Source of the DNA: an uncultured Muribaculum sp.
GTDB lineage: Bacteria; Bacteroidota; Bacteroidia; Bacteroidales; Muribaculaceae
NCBI GenBank assembly: GCA_910587665.1
Contig: CAJUMZ010000012.1
Coordinates: 19,320 to 83,319 of the forward strand
Direction of reading: 5' to 3'
Length of the DNA stretch: 64,000 nt
In this document: in pieces, positions 44,534 to 54,934 of the stretch
Position numbering within the stretch: the first letter of the stretch is position 1
How the letters are laid out: every line of letters starts with the position of its first letter
Notes under the pieces: model-generated
What the model was told of the DNA's origin: nothing
Databases searched by the model: none
What the model saw: only the letters and a program-made list of their open reading frames with translations
Position numbers and translations under genes: made by a program

Positions 44534-47248
44534 ATGAAACGAGTTTATACATTCGGCGACGGAAAAGCCGAAGGTAATGCCGAGATGAGAAATCTTCTCG
44601 GTGGCAAAGGTGCCAACCTCGCCGAAATGAACCTGTTGGGAATGCCTGTTCCCCCGGGATTTACCATCACAACAGAGGTATGTACTGAATACACATTGAA
44701 AGGTCGCGATGCAGTAGTAAAACTTATCAAGAAAGAAGTAGAAGATGCAATCGCCCACGTAGAGACACTTACCGGAAAGAAATTTGACAACCCCGAAAAT
44801 CCGCTGTTGGTATCGGTACGTTCCGGAGCCCGCGCTTCAATGCCCGGTATGATGGATACCGTGCTTAACCTCGGTATGAACGACGCCACTGTCGCTTCTC
44901 TCGCCGAAAAGAGCGGGAATCCCCGTTTTGCCTGGGACAGCTATCGCCGTTTCGTGCAGATGTATGGTGATGTAGTGCTTGGCATGAAGCCGAAGAGCAA
45001 AGCCGACATCGATCCGTTTGAAGAAATCATGGAGCGCGTAAAAGAAGAGAAAGGCGTGAAACTCGACACCGAGCTTGATGTCGACGATCTCAAGAATCTC
45101 GTCAAACTCTTCAAGGCTGCTGTAAAAGATTTCACCGGCAAAGACTTCCCCGACAGCGCTTGGGAACAGCTTTGGGGCGGAATCTGCGCCGTATTTGACA
45201 GCTGGATGAACGAACGTGCAATCATCTACCGCCGCATGAACCAGATACCCGAAGAATGGGGTACTGCTGTCAATGTTCAGGCAATGGTATATGGTAACAT
45301 GGGTAACAACTCCGCTACCGGCGTGGCATTCAGCCGTGACGCCGCTACCGGTGAAAACATATTCAATGGTGAATACCTTATCAATGCTCAGGGCGAGGAT
45401 GTCGTAGCAGGTATCCGCACTCCGCAGCAGATCACGGTTGAAGGTTCTCGTCGTTGGGCTGCTCTGCAGGGCATAGCAGAACAGGAACGTGCCGAGAAAT
45501 ATCCTTCTCTTGAAGAATCAATGCCTACATGTGCCGCTGAGCTTATAGCCATTGCAAACCGCCTTGAAGATTACTACAAGGATATGCAGGATATGGAGTT
45601 CACCATTCAGGACGGCAAGCTTTGGATGCTTCAGACCCGTAACGGCAAGCGCACCGGCGCGGCAATGGTAAAGATCGCAATGGATCTTCTCCGTGCTGGT
45701 GAGATTGATGAAAAGACAACTCTTCTCCGCATGGAGCCGCAAAAACTTGACGAGCTCCTCCACCCCGTATTTGACAAGGCTGCTCTCAAGCGCGCAAAAG
45801 TCGTGGCAAAGGGTCTGCCCGCATCTCCCGGTGCAGCGGCCGGTCAGGTAGTATTCTCGGCGGAAGAGGCTGAGGCTTGGGCTGAGAAGAAGAAAAAAGT
45901 AGTACTCGTGCGTATCGAGACTTCACCGGAGGATCTCCGCGGTATGGCTGTAGCACAGGGTATTCTCACCATGCGCGGCGGTATGACTTCCCACGCAGCC
46001 GTTGTGGCTCGCGGTATGGGCAAATGCTGTGTTTCCGGTGCAGGCGAGATAAAGGTCGACTACAAGGCAAAAACAGTAGAGATGGGTGGAAAGACCTATA
46101 AGGAAGGTGACTGGATCTCACTTAACGGTTCTACCGGTGAGGTATATGACGGTCAGGTACCCACTACCGAGCCTGAACTCGGCGGTGACTTCGGCGCAAT
46201 CATGAACCTTGCAGCCAAATACACCAAGACACTTGTACGCACCAACGCCGACACTCCGCGCGATGCCAAGCAGGCACGTAACTTCGGAGCACAGGGTATC
46301 GGACTTTGCCGCACAGAACACATGTTCTTTGAAGGTGACCGTATCAAGGCTGTACGTGAAATGATTCTTTCAAGCGATGTAGAAGGTCGCCGCAAAGCTC
46401 TTGCAAAACTTCTTCCGATGCAGCGCGCCGACTTTGAAGGCATCTTCGAGGCTATGGACGGATACGGAGTGACAATACGTCTGCTCGATCCCCCGTTGCA
46501 TGAATTTGTACCTCATCAGACAGCCACTCAGAAAGAACTTGCCGCTGAGATGGGTCTTACCCTTGAAGAGGTGAAGGCCAAGGTTGACAGCCTCGAGGAG
46601 TTCAACCCGATGCTCGGTCACCGTGGTTGCCGTCTTGGTATCACATATCCCGAGATCACCGAGATGCAGACCCGTGCCATCATCGAGGCAGCCCTCAACA
46701 TGAAGGCTCGCGGAATCGACGTTCATCCTGAAATCATGATTCCTCTTGTCGGCACACTCAAAGAAATCCAGAATCAGGCCGACGTGATCAACATCACAGC
46801 AGCAAAGGTATTTGAAGAAAGAGGAGAATCAGTACCCTACAAGGTAGGTACAATGATCGAAGTGCCGCGCGCAGCGTTGACCGCCGATCAGATTGCAACC
46901 GTAGCCGACTTCTTCTCATTCGGTACCAACGACTTGACACAGATGACATTCGGATACTCTCGCGACGACGCGCCCAAGTTCTTGAAATTCTATAAGGAAC
47001 ACGGCATCATCAAGACCGATCCGTTTGAAGTACTTGACCAAGAAGGCGTTGGTCAGCTCGTACGTATGGGTGTTGAAAAGGGTCGCGCAACCAAGCCCGA
47101 GCTTAAAGTAGGTATCTGCGGCGAGCACGGCGGCGAACCCTCATCAGTTAAGTTCTGCGCCAAACTTGGCATGAACTACGTCAGCTGCTCACCCTACCGC
47201 GTGCCTATCGCCCGCGTAGCTGCGGCGCAGGCTGCTATCGAGGAATGA
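44534..47248 (+). CDS. ppdK: pyruvate, phosphate dikinase
   Basis: 904 aa. Phosphohistidine loop GGMTSHAAVVARGMGK and a PEP-utilising C-terminal TIM barrel (GLCRTEHMF, ICGEHGG). Confidence 0.97.
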   Translation: MKRVYTFGDGKAEGNAEMRNLLGGKGANLAEMNLLGMPVPPGFTITTEVCTEYTLKGRDAVVKLIKKEVEDAIAHVETLTGKKFDNPENPLLVSVRSGARASMPGMMDTVLNLGMNDATVASLAEKSGNPRFAWDSYRRFVQMYGDVVLGMKPKSKADIDPFEEIMERVKEEKGVKLDTELDVDDLKNLVKLFKAAVKDFTGKDFPDSAWEQLWGGICAVFDSWMNERAIIYRRMNQIPEEWGTAVNVQAMVYGNMGNNSATGVAFSRDAATGENIFNGEYLINAQGEDVVAGIRTPQQITVEGSRRWAALQGIAEQERAEKYPSLEESMPTCAAELIAIANRLEDYYKDMQDMEFTIQDGKLWMLQTRNGKRTGAAMVKIAMDLLRAGEIDEKTTLLRMEPQKLDELLHPVFDKAALKRAKVVAKGLPASPGAAAGQVVFSAEEAEAWAEKKKKVVLVRIETSPEDLRGMAVAQGILTMRGGMTSHAAVVARGMGKCCVSGAGEIKVDYKAKTVEMGGKTYKEGDWISLNGSTGEVYDGQVPTTEPELGGDFGAIMNLAAKYTKTLVRTNADTPRDAKQARNFGAQGIGLCRTEHMFFEGDRIKAVREMILSSDVEGRRKALAKLLPMQRADFEGIFEAMDGYGVTIRLLDPPLHEFVPHQTATQKELAAEMGLTLEEVKAKVDSLEEFNPMLGHRGCRLGITYPEITEMQTRAIIEAALNMKARGIDVHPEIMIPLVGTLKEIQNQADVINITAAKVFEERGESVPYKVGTMIEVPRAALTADQIATVADFFSFGTNDLTQMTFGYSRDDAPKFLKFYKEHGIIKTDPFEVLDQEGVGQLVRMGVEKGRATKPELKVGICGEHGGEPSSVKFCAKLGMNYVSCSPYRVPIARVAAAQAAIEE

Positions 47249-47277
47249 CACAGAGACAGCTAAATGTCAGATAGTTA

Positions 47278-47320
47278 GGCGGCAAATCCTTGGATATATG
47301 GGGTTTGCCGCCCTTGTTTT
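47278..47320 (+). terminator. rho-independent terminator of ppdK
   Basis: A 9-bp stem ggcggcaaa (47278-47286) pairs with tttgccgcc (47304-47312), followed by cttgtttt. Confidence 0.8.
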
Positions 47321-47446
47321 GAGTACGGTACGACACGGTTGGCGTGACGGAATGAGCGAAAATATATATAAATAGTATAGAGCTTTTTTGACCCCCGTAT
47401 AGAGCAAATATAGAGTGAAATATATAGTTAAAAACAATATGTAACT

Positions 47447-47636
47447 ATGGCAACATTAAAGATTTGCGTGCAAAAACAGAAGAAAGACGGCACATGGCCG
47501 GTCTATATCCGTGTCACTCATGGAGCTTGTGATGTGTCTTGCGGGGATAAACACTGTCGACCTGTATAGCCTGAAGATGCGTGACTTCCATGACGGCATA
47601 TTGCATTACCGCATGGCAAAGACGACAGCAGATTGA
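47447..47636 (+). pseudogene. remnant of a Bacteroidetes-type tyrosine integrase (N-terminal arm-binding piece plus a short core-binding piece)
   Basis: MATLKICVQKQKKDGTWPVYIRVTH is a typical integrase N-terminus. The frame then breaks. A second frame gives GINTVDLYSLKMRDFHDGILHYRMAKT, which normally lies ~100 aa further on. The catalytic domain is absent. Confidence 0.6.
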
Positions 47637-47670
47637 ATCAAGAAAAATATTATATCTCAATTGACAATAT

Positions 47671-48324
47671 ATGAAATTAAATAAAAGAACTAAGTCATTA
47701 ATCGGCATAGCAATATTACTTCTTGTAGGAGGCATACTAACTGTTTTGGTATGCTTTAAGGTCGTTGAATATAATGCCAACGACAAACTTTACTCCAATA
47801 CAGATGGCATACCACACAATAAAGTCGGTCTGTTATTAGGCACTGCACCAATTACTCCGTGGGGTACACATAACAATTACTTTGATTATAGGATTAATGC
47901 TGCTGTAGAACTGTTCAAAGCTAATAAAGTTGATTATATTCTTGTGAGTGGAGATAACCATTCCACAGATTATGATGAGCCAAGTTGTATGAGAGACTCA
48001 TTAATGGTGCGTGGCATTCCTGAAGATAAAATCATACTGGATTATGCCGGATTCAGAACTTTGGATTCGGTTGTAAGGGCTAAAGAAATATTCGGACAGA
48101 ACAGTATTACAATTATTTCTCAACCATTTCATAATGAGAGAGCCATTTATCTGGCAAACAATTATGGAATTGAGGCTATAGGTTACAATGCTCAAGATGT
48201 GGAGTATTGGAAAAAGAAGCTAAAAATTCATGGTAGAGAATACCTCGCCAGAGTCAAGATGTTTATTGATCTATGCACCGGTAAACAGCCCAAATTTTTA
48301 GGAGAAAAGATAGTGATCGATTAA
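47671..48324 (+). CDS. sanA: SanA/YdcF (DUF218) family membrane protein
   Basis: 217 aa with an N-terminal TM, then GLLLGTAP...NYFDYRINAAVELFKANKVDYILVSGDN...DEPSCMRDSL..GIPEDKIILDYAGFRTLDS, as in SanA. Visibly more AT-rich than its neighbours. Confidence 0.8.
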   Translation: MKLNKRTKSLIGIAILLLVGGILTVLVCFKVVEYNANDKLYSNTDGIPHNKVGLLLGTAPITPWGTHNNYFDYRINAAVELFKANKVDYILVSGDNHSTDYDEPSCMRDSLMVRGIPEDKIILDYAGFRTLDSVVRAKEIFGQNSITIISQPFHNERAIYLANNYGIEAIGYNAQDVEYWKKKLKIHGREYLARVKMFIDLCTGKQPKFLGEKIVID

Positions 48325-48396
48325 TTAATACGAACTGCACTCATGGATAAAGAGCAATCTCTGAAATTGGCAAGAGGCTGTGTTCACCTGTGTTAG

Positions 48397-48564
48397 CGCC
48401 CCTTTTACGAGCACTCCGAGGAAATCCTGAACTTCTTTGACAACCGTTCGACTAACGCATCGGCCGAGTCAATAAACTCCAAAATAGAAGCCTTCAGAGC
48501 CAAACTTCACGGTGTCAACGACTCAAAATTTTTCATATTCCGACCCTGCAATATATACGCCTAA
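48397..48564 (+). pseudogene. ISL3-family transposase C-terminal tail (about 55 codons)
   Basis: ..YEHSEEILNFFDNRSTNASAESINSKIEAFRAKLHGVNDSKFFIFRPCNIYA* matches the conserved ISL3 C-terminus (NRxTNAxxExxNxKIKxF). An in-frame stop lies immediately upstream. Confidence 0.7.
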
Positions 48565-48625
48565 ACACAGTCTTTTTACTAAGCGCCACTTTGTTTTATG
48601 TTTTTCAACACATTACACAACACAG

Positions 48626-48657
48626 AAAAAAGGCTGCGCCTATTTTGACACAGCCTC
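48626..48657 (-). terminator. probable terminator of tRNA-Ser
   Basis: On the minus strand, a 6-bp stem aggctg/cagcct is followed by a U6 run, 12 nt after the tRNA 3' end. Confidence 0.45.
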
Positions 48658-48668
48658 ATTAATTTTCG

Positions 48669-48756
48669 CGGAGTGAGGGGGATTCGAACCCCCGATACGC
48701 TTTTGGCGTATACACGCTTTCCAGGCGTGCCTCTTCAACCACTCGAGCATCACTCC
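48669..48756 (-). tRNA. tRNA-Ser (anticodon GGA)
   Basis: Hand-folded cloverleaf. Acceptor GGAGTGA/TCACTCC plus discriminator G, anticodon stem CACGC/GCGTG with loop CTGGAAA, long variable arm ATACGC-CAAAA-GCGTAT, and T arm GGGGG-TTCGAAT-CCCCC. 88 nt, no encoded CCA. Confidence 0.93.
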
Positions 48757-48772
48757 TTGCGGTTTTGCAGTG

Positions 48773-48780
48773 CAAAGTTA
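48773..48780 (-). promoter_or_regulatory. -7 box (CAAAGTTA on plus) for tRNA-Ser
   Basis: Exact TAnnTTTG on the minus strand, 17 nt upstream of the tRNA 5' end. Confidence 0.45.
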
Positions 48781-48862
48781 AGCAATAATTTTAATACTGC
48801 GCAATTTCCACTGCAAAACTTTTAGGTGCAAATCATTTTTCAATGACGGGAAAATCGGGATG

Positions 48863-49705
48863 CTATTTCTTCACTATGCCTGACAACCATTCTGCAGCAA
48901 ATGCTGAAGATGATGCAAGACTATGCGAAAATCCGTGATCGTCACCGTGAATCAATTTAAGATGAGCAGCCGGCAATTCCTTGGCATAACGTTCTCCATA
49001 GGTATACGGCACTACCCTGTCAGCCGTACCGTGGATGACCAAGACCGGACCCGCATACTGAGATGCCACATCATAAATCGGCAGATCACGCGCAGTCTCT
49101 ATATAATCCCTCCCGAGTTTCAAGCTTCCGAAAAGCTGTACATACTCCGGGGCATTCCACGGGTCATACATGGCTCCCATAGTGTTGCCACGCAATGCAT
49201 CGTCACGAAGCACCGCAGCAGGGGCCATCAGTACTACAGAGTTTATGCGCTTTGCTCCGATCTGTCCTGCAACCATGGATGACACCACGCCACCTTGCGA
49301 ATGACCGAGCAATGACACTGACTTAGCGTAAGGTTGTAGCTCTACCCAGTCGATCACTCTTTTGGCATCCTCGATTTCATTTAACACGGTCATGTCTTGA
49401 AAACGCCCCTCGCTCTTCCCGTGACCGTTAAAATCAAATCTTACGACTCCGATTCCGTCGCTAAGCAAATCCGATGCAATAGTATCGAAAAGAGGACCGC
49501 CCATGTTGCCGCCAAAACCATGGCACATCACAACTATCGGACATTCTTCACCATCTTTAATGTCTGGAAGCTGCAAATGCGCAGCGAGTTTTCCCTTAGC
49601 TCCATCAATAGTGAAAACCGAGTCAACCGGAGCTGCCGACACTGCCATGACTGATAGGCACGCAAATGCAGTCAGCAATATATACTTGAAATTCATGCTA
49701 AACAA
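48863..49705 (-). CDS. secreted alpha/beta-fold hydrolase (esterase/peptidase S33-like)
   Basis: 280 aa with a signal peptide, nucleophile elbow GHSQGG, and downstream acid/His residues (HGTADRVV, GDDHGF). Confidence 0.85.
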   Translation of the reverse strand: MFSMNFKYILLTAFACLSVMAVSAAPVDSVFTIDGAKGKLAAHLQLPDIKDGEECPIVVMCHGFGGNMGGPLFDTIASDLLSDGIGVVRFDFNGHGKSEGRFQDMTVLNEIEDAKRVIDWVELQPYAKSVSLLGHSQGGVVSSMVAGQIGAKRINSVVLMAPAAVLRDDALRGNTMGAMYDPWNAPEYVQLFGSLKLGRDYIETARDLPIYDVASQYAGPVLVIHGTADRVVPYTYGERYAKELPAAHLKLIHGDDHGFSHSLASSSAFAAEWLSGIVKK

Positions 49706-49723
49706 TGATTGAACGGATTGATA

Positions 49724-51925
49724 TTAGAAGAGGCTCCATGACACGGTAAGACCAGCCATGACTATCGCCACCATTGACATAAGTTTGATAAGGATATTGA
49801 GGCTCGGACCCGATGTGTCTTTAAAGGGATCACCAACTGTGTCACCAACCACTGTGGCTTTGTGTACATCACCCCCTTTGCCACCGAAATTACCTTCTTC
49901 AACATATTTTTTTGCATTATCCCAGGCACCGCCTGAATTTGCCATGAATATGGCAAGGACAAATCCTGCCGACAAGCCACCGACAAGAAGGCCGATCACA
50001 CCCGGTACGCCGAAAATAAGTCCGGTGAGAATTGGCGCAATAATAGCAAGCAAGGATGGGAACACCATCTCCTTCTGTGCGCCTTTGGTGGATATCTGTA
50101 CGCAGCGAGCATAATCAGGCTCTGCCTCGCCGGTAAGAATACCCTTGATTTCACGGAATTGACGACGCACCTCCTCTACCATATGAGCAGCGGCACGCCC
50201 CACAGCATTCATCGTGAGTCCACAGAAAAGAAATGCCATCATACTTCCGATAAACATTCCTGACAGCACTTTAGGATTCATTAGGGTGACGTCATAATAT
50301 GTCATGAAATCAGTAAACGAAGCCTCATGAATAGGCTTTGTCATGTCGCCGAGATTAATAGCCGTAGTACCAAGGCGGGAAAGACCAATACGGATTTCCT
50401 CAATGTATGACGCAAGAAGGGCAAGACCGGTAAGGGCCGCCGATCCGATTGCAAAGCCTTTTCCTGTTGCGGCAGTAGTGTTGCCGAGTGAATCAAGAGC
50501 ATCAGTGCGACGACGCACTTCTTCACCAAGTCCGCTCATCTCTGCGTTTCCTCCGGCATTGTCAGCAATCGGGCCATAAGCGTCTGTGGCAAGTGTGATA
50601 CCGAGTGTTGACAACATGCCGACAGCGGCTATACCGATACCGTAAAGGCCCATGCTTACATTCGCGAAATCAAAACCGGAAGCAAGCCAATAAGAGAGGA
50701 TAATACCCACAACCACCGCTATCACCGGGACTGCAGTCGACACCATGCCAAGTCCTATACCGGAAATGATAACAGTTGCCGGACCGGTCTTTCCGCTCTC
50801 GGCAAGCTTACGGGTAGGAAGATAAGACTGAGATGTATAATATTCAGTAGACCTTCCTATTACGACACCGACAAGCAGACCGATAACTACGGCAAACGAT
50901 ATATTAACCCAGTTATTCAGCTGAAGAGCCCATAGTATAAGGAATGTAGCGCCGATAATAAGTACCGAGCTTAAATTAGTACCGAAGGAAAGAGAATTGA
51001 GTAGATCCTTCATCTTTGCGTCTTCCCTTGTGCGGACAGAGAATATTCCTATGATTGACAGGAAAATACCAACTGCGGCAATAAGCATCGGGGCAAGCAC
51101 AGCCTTGAACTGCATGGCTACATCACCGCTTGCCATATATCCCGCCGCACCGAGTGCAGCCGTGGCAAGAATAGATCCACAGTATGATTCATACAAGTCA
51201 GCACCCATTCCGGCGACATCACCCACATTATCTCCTACATTATCGGCAATCGTAGCGGGATTTCGCGGATCATCCTCCGGTATTCCGGCTTCGACCTTAC
51301 CTACGAGATCGGCACCCACGTCAGCAGCCTTGGTATATATACCTCCGCCGACACGTGCAAAAAGAGCCTGTGTACTTGCTCCCATTCCGAAAGTCAGCAT
51401 GGTTGTGGTGATCATGCAAAGTTTGGCAGTGGGAGTTGCGGGATCTGCGGGAACAAACCAGTCAAGTATAAGATACCAGAATGAAATGTCAAGAAGTCCG
51501 AGACCAACAACTACAAGTCCCATGACGGCTCCACTGCGGAATGCGACACGCAGACCGTCGTTGAGCGAATTGCGAGCGGCATTGGCTGTACGCGCCGAGG
51601 CATAAGTGGCGGTTTTCATACCGAGATAACCCGATAAGCCGGAAAAGAAACCTCCGGTCAGAAAAGCCACCGGAACCCACGGATTTTGTAGATCAAAACC
51701 ATATGCCATAATGGAAAACAGCACAACAAGGGCAAGAAATACCATGCCTACAATCTTATATTGCTGTTTTAGATACGACATCGCACCTTGTCTCACATAA
51801 AGTGCGATTTTTTTCATGACGGGAGTACCCTCGCCCTCCTTCATCATCTGACGATAGAAATACCAGGCGAGAAACAGCGCAATCAATGACGCCGCCGGCA
51901 CGCCCCAGAAAAGAACTTTTTCCAT
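49724..51925 (-). CDS. hppA: membrane-bound ion-translocating pyrophosphatase
   Basis: 733 aa, ~16 TM, with conserved [19 protein letters not shown] and DNVGDNVGD motifs. Confidence 0.96.
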   Translation of the reverse strand: MEKVLFWGVPAASLIALFLAWYFYRQMMKEGEGTPVMKKIALYVRQGAMSYLKQQYKIVGMVFLALVVLFSIMAYGFDLQNPWVPVAFLTGGFFSGLSGYLGMKTATYASARTANAARNSLNDGLRVAFRSGAVMGLVVVGLGLLDISFWYLILDWFVPADPATPTAKLCMITTTMLTFGMGASTQALFARVGGGIYTKAADVGADLVGKVEAGIPEDDPRNPATIADNVGDNVGDVAGMGADLYESYCGSILATAALGAAGYMASGDVAMQFKAVLAPMLIAAVGIFLSIIGIFSVRTREDAKMKDLLNSLSFGTNLSSVLIIGATFLILWALQLNNWVNISFAVVIGLLVGVVIGRSTEYYTSQSYLPTRKLAESGKTGPATVIISGIGLGMVSTAVPVIAVVVGIILSYWLASGFDFANVSMGLYGIGIAAVGMLSTLGITLATDAYGPIADNAGGNAEMSGLGEEVRRRTDALDSLGNTTAATGKGFAIGSAALTGLALLASYIEEIRIGLSRLGTTAINLGDMTKPIHEASFTDFMTYYDVTLMNPKVLSGMFIGSMMAFLFCGLTMNAVGRAAAHMVEEVRRQFREIKGILTGEAEPDYARCVQISTKGAQKEMVFPSLLAIIAPILTGLIFGVPGVIGLLVGGLSAGFVLAIFMANSGGAWDNAKKYVEEGNFGGKGGDVHKATVVGDTVGDPFKDTSGPSLNILIKLMSMVAIVMAGLTVSWSLF

Positions 51926-51958
51926 TTAGTTAAATTTGAGGTTAAGAATTATAATTAT

Positions 51959-54112
51959 TTAAAGTTTGATTTTATCATGCAATCTTATGTCGGTTGAAGA
52001 AGCGCCCACCCTTATACCGACTTCAGTACCTTCGGGAATACCGTAATTTCGAGCCGTCTCATTCCAGTCGCCTGTATCGGCCAGCGGCATGACAAACCGT
52101 ATTTTTTCGTTTTTACCGGCTTCAACAGCCACCCTGCGGAAAGATTTCAGTTTGTAGGTCATTCCGTTGTCAAATGAAAGATAGAGTTGCGCCACCTCTT
52201 CTCCATCACGGTCGCCCGTGTTTGAGAGACTGAATTCCACCACTAGGTTTCCATCCTCTTTAGTCGAGACAATGTCGCTATAAGCAAAATCAGTATAACT
52301 CAGCCCGTGACCAAACGGATACAATGGGCGATTCTTATTATAAATATATGTGTGACCGTTACGTATGTCATAATCCATCATAGGCGGAAGATCCATTATG
52401 TCGGCAACCCATGTCTGGGTAGTCCTTCCGGCAGGATTCACATCACCGAATATCACATCGGCCACCCCATTGCCCTGTTCCTGCGAGCAATGGGTTACAT
52501 GCAGGATAGAAGGAAGATTGTCGTTGCACCAATTTATAGCATATGGGAAACTGCTTACTAAAAGAAGTACCGTATTGGGGTTGGCGGCATATATCTGACG
52601 TATCATATCCTCGTCCGGCAACACCAGCGACCTGCGGTCGACTGCTTCCCTGCCATCGGAAGGCACAGGACAGAAAAACCAGTCGCGTTTGGTTCCGTAA
52701 GGATGATTACCTGTACATACTATTGCCACATCGGCATCTCTCGCAAGTTCTTGGGCAATATCCATACGGTTGTCAGGAGCGTAAGTAACTTCAATTCCCG
52801 ATCCGGCCACAGCATTTTTTATTCCGTCGAGTATCGTCACCTCATAAGGAGGCATACCGCTGTACCAGTCTTGCACGATATTATTGGCATAAGGACCGAT
52901 CAAGGCGATCTTCTTAACCTTGTTCTTGTCAAGCGGTAAAAGCGGATTGCTGCCTTCAATAGGAGCATTCTTAAGCAAGACAACCGATTTAGCAGTTGCC
53001 TCACGTGCAAGAGATTTCGCATAATCAGTCATGAATGGAGCCGGCACACCGGACTCTTTTCCTATTGCCAAGTATGGATTTGCAGAATTTTCACCATCAA
53101 GCAGACCAAGCTTTAACGCCACTTTCAGATTGCCCCTTATCGCACGATCGATGTCAGCTTCAATGACAAGCCCCGAAGCTAAGGCTTCCTCGATTTCCTC
53201 CTTATACCGGTCAAGGAATTGTCCGGTCGTGGCCTTTACGATGGCTGCTGCACCTTCGGCACGCGTCGGGAATCGCTTATGGGCAGTGACAAGCAGACCA
53301 AGCGCACCGCCATCGGTACAGATTATGCCGTCATTACCCCACTCTTTCCGTGTGATACTGTCGAGACACGGATGGATCGCCATCGGCGTGCCGTTCCAGC
53401 TGTTGTATGCAGCCATAAATGCCCGCGAACCGCCCTCCGTTATACCTTTATAAAAAGGATAGGCATAATAGTCGCGGAAGAGAGCATTGTCAAAATTTGA
53501 GGACGAACTGTCCCTGCCAAATTCATTGCTATTGGCAAGAAAATGCTTCATAAGTGCCGACGTTTTCCAATAACGCGGATGCTCGCCTTGCAATCCCTTA
53601 ATTTTAGCCACGGTCATTACAGCCGTCAGATAGGGATCCTCGCCGAAACTCTCTTCAGTCCTCCCCCATCTCGGATCACGGGCAAGATCGGCATTAGGTG
53701 CCCTCATGACAAGAATCCCGCGAGAAGCGCTGTCATGTTGCGAATAATAACGTGCCTCATCCGCGACATGCGATGCAATACGCCTTATCAACTCAGGATC
53801 CCATGTCTCGCCAAGTCCGTAAGCCTGCGGAAAAATTGTCGTAGGTATGGTGTCGGGATGCTCTTTGCCCGGACCGCTTAATGAAAGACCGTGCAGACCT
53901 TCTACTTGTACACAATGAGGTATGCCGAGTCTCGGCACTCCGAGATTGGTCGACAACAGGCTTATTTTCTCTTCGAGAGTCAACTCTTTGAGAAGCAGTT
54001 CTACACGCTCGTCATCATTCAAGATTGTATCTTGAAACGCATAGTCCTTGGCCTGAATCTCTGTACATATAAATGACAGAAAAAGTAATGTGAAGAATTT
54101 CTTGATGTGCAT
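51959..54112 (-). CDS. GH3 glycoside hydrolase (beta-glucosidase/xylosidase-like), second paralog
   Basis: 717 aa with a signal peptide, GH3 N-domain (RDPRWGRTEESFGEDPYL) and C-domain plus Fn3-like tail. A minus-strand -7 box CAAATATA lies at 54131-54138. Confidence 0.92.
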   Translation of the reverse strand: MHIKKFFTLLFLSFICTEIQAKDYAFQDTILNDDERVELLLKELTLEEKISLLSTNLGVPRLGIPHCVQVEGLHGLSLSGPGKEHPDTIPTTIFPQAYGLGETWDPELIRRIASHVADEARYYSQHDSASRGILVMRAPNADLARDPRWGRTEESFGEDPYLTAVMTVAKIKGLQGEHPRYWKTSALMKHFLANSNEFGRDSSSSNFDNALFRDYYAYPFYKGITEGGSRAFMAAYNSWNGTPMAIHPCLDSITRKEWGNDGIICTDGGALGLLVTAHKRFPTRAEGAAAIVKATTGQFLDRYKEEIEEALASGLVIEADIDRAIRGNLKVALKLGLLDGENSANPYLAIGKESGVPAPFMTDYAKSLAREATAKSVVLLKNAPIEGSNPLLPLDKNKVKKIALIGPYANNIVQDWYSGMPPYEVTILDGIKNAVAGSGIEVTYAPDNRMDIAQELARDADVAIVCTGNHPYGTKRDWFFCPVPSDGREAVDRRSLVLPDEDMIRQIYAANPNTVLLLVSSFPYAINWCNDNLPSILHVTHCSQEQGNGVADVIFGDVNPAGRTTQTWVADIMDLPPMMDYDIRNGHTYIYNKNRPLYPFGHGLSYTDFAYSDIVSTKEDGNLVVEFSLSNTGDRDGEEVAQLYLSFDNGMTYKLKSFRRVAVEAGKNEKIRFVMPLADTGDWNETARNYGIPEGTEVGIRVGASSTDIRLHDKIKL

Positions 54113-54161
54113 ATCATGGATAAATATCTACAAATATACGGCTTAATTTAAGAAAAGTGAT

Positions 54162-54169
54162 TATCTTTG
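54162..54169 (+). promoter_or_regulatory. -7 box TATCTTTG for efp
   Basis: Exact TAnnTTTG, 69 nt upstream of the ATG at 54238. Confidence 0.5.
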
Positions 54170-54237
54170 CACTGAAATTTGGAAAACTATTTTTGCTTTT
54201 CAATCTATACGGAATACAAAAAACGATATAATCTTTT

Positions 54238-54813
54238 ATGGCAACAACTGCAGATTTTAAAAACGGAATGTGCCTCGACATCGACGGCAACTACTATTTT
54301 ATCGTAGAATTTCTTCATGTAAAACCTGGCAAGGGTCCGGCTTTCGTTCGCACCAAACTTAAAAACGTAAAGACCGGAAGAATCCTTGACAAGACATGGA
54401 ACTCAGGCGTAAAGGTGGAAGAGGTACGTATCGAGCGTCGCCCCTATCAGTATCTTTACAAAGATGACATGGGATATAACTTCATGCACACCGAGACTTT
54501 CGAGCAGGTGGCTATTCCCGGTGAAAGCATCGACGGAGTACAGTTCCTTAAGGAAGGTGATATCTGTGAGGCTATGGTTCATGCCGCTTCCGACACTATC
54601 CTTACCTGCGAGATGCCTACAAGCGTTGTACTTGAAATTACATATACCGAGCCGGGCATGAAGGGCGACACAGCCACTAACACCCTTAAGCCTGCCACTG
54701 TTGAGACCGGTGCTGAAGTACGTGTCCCGCTTTTCTGCGAGACCGGCGACAAAGTGCGCATCGACACCCGTGACGGCTCTTATGTTGAACGAGTTGAACG
54801 TGCAAAAGCTTAA
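54238..54813 (+). CDS. efp: translation elongation factor P
   Basis: 191 aa, ...[23 protein letters not shown]..., three OB/KOW-like modules. Confidence 0.96.
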   Translation: MATTADFKNGMCLDIDGNYYFIVEFLHVKPGKGPAFVRTKLKNVKTGRILDKTWNSGVKVEEVRIERRPYQYLYKDDMGYNFMHTETFEQVAIPGESIDGVQFLKEGDICEAMVHAASDTILTCEMPTSVVLEITYTEPGMKGDTATNTLKPATVETGAEVRVPLFCETGDKVRIDTRDGSYVERVERAKA

Positions 54814-54838
54814 CCGCAACAAAAGAGACAAACTTTAT

Positions 54839-54870
54839 AGAGCCGTTTCTCACAGAGAGCGGCTCTTTTA
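54839..54870 (+). terminator. rho-independent terminator of efp
   Basis: Stem agagccg (54839-54845) pairs with cggctct (54860-54866), followed by tttt. Confidence 0.75.
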
Positions 54871-54934
54871 GTTGACATGTCATTGAACTTTCGGATGTTT
54901 AAAGTAATTATATAGTTATTATCTTTCATTCATT

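Noticed and set aside
47380-47400. Possible att-site copy of the tRNA-Ser 3' end (tgacccccgtatag versus gaacccccgatacg in the tRNA)
   Set aside because: Only a 7-nt core (acccccg) is shared, which is far too short to call a duplicated attachment site. I record it as a negative result for the island hypothesis.
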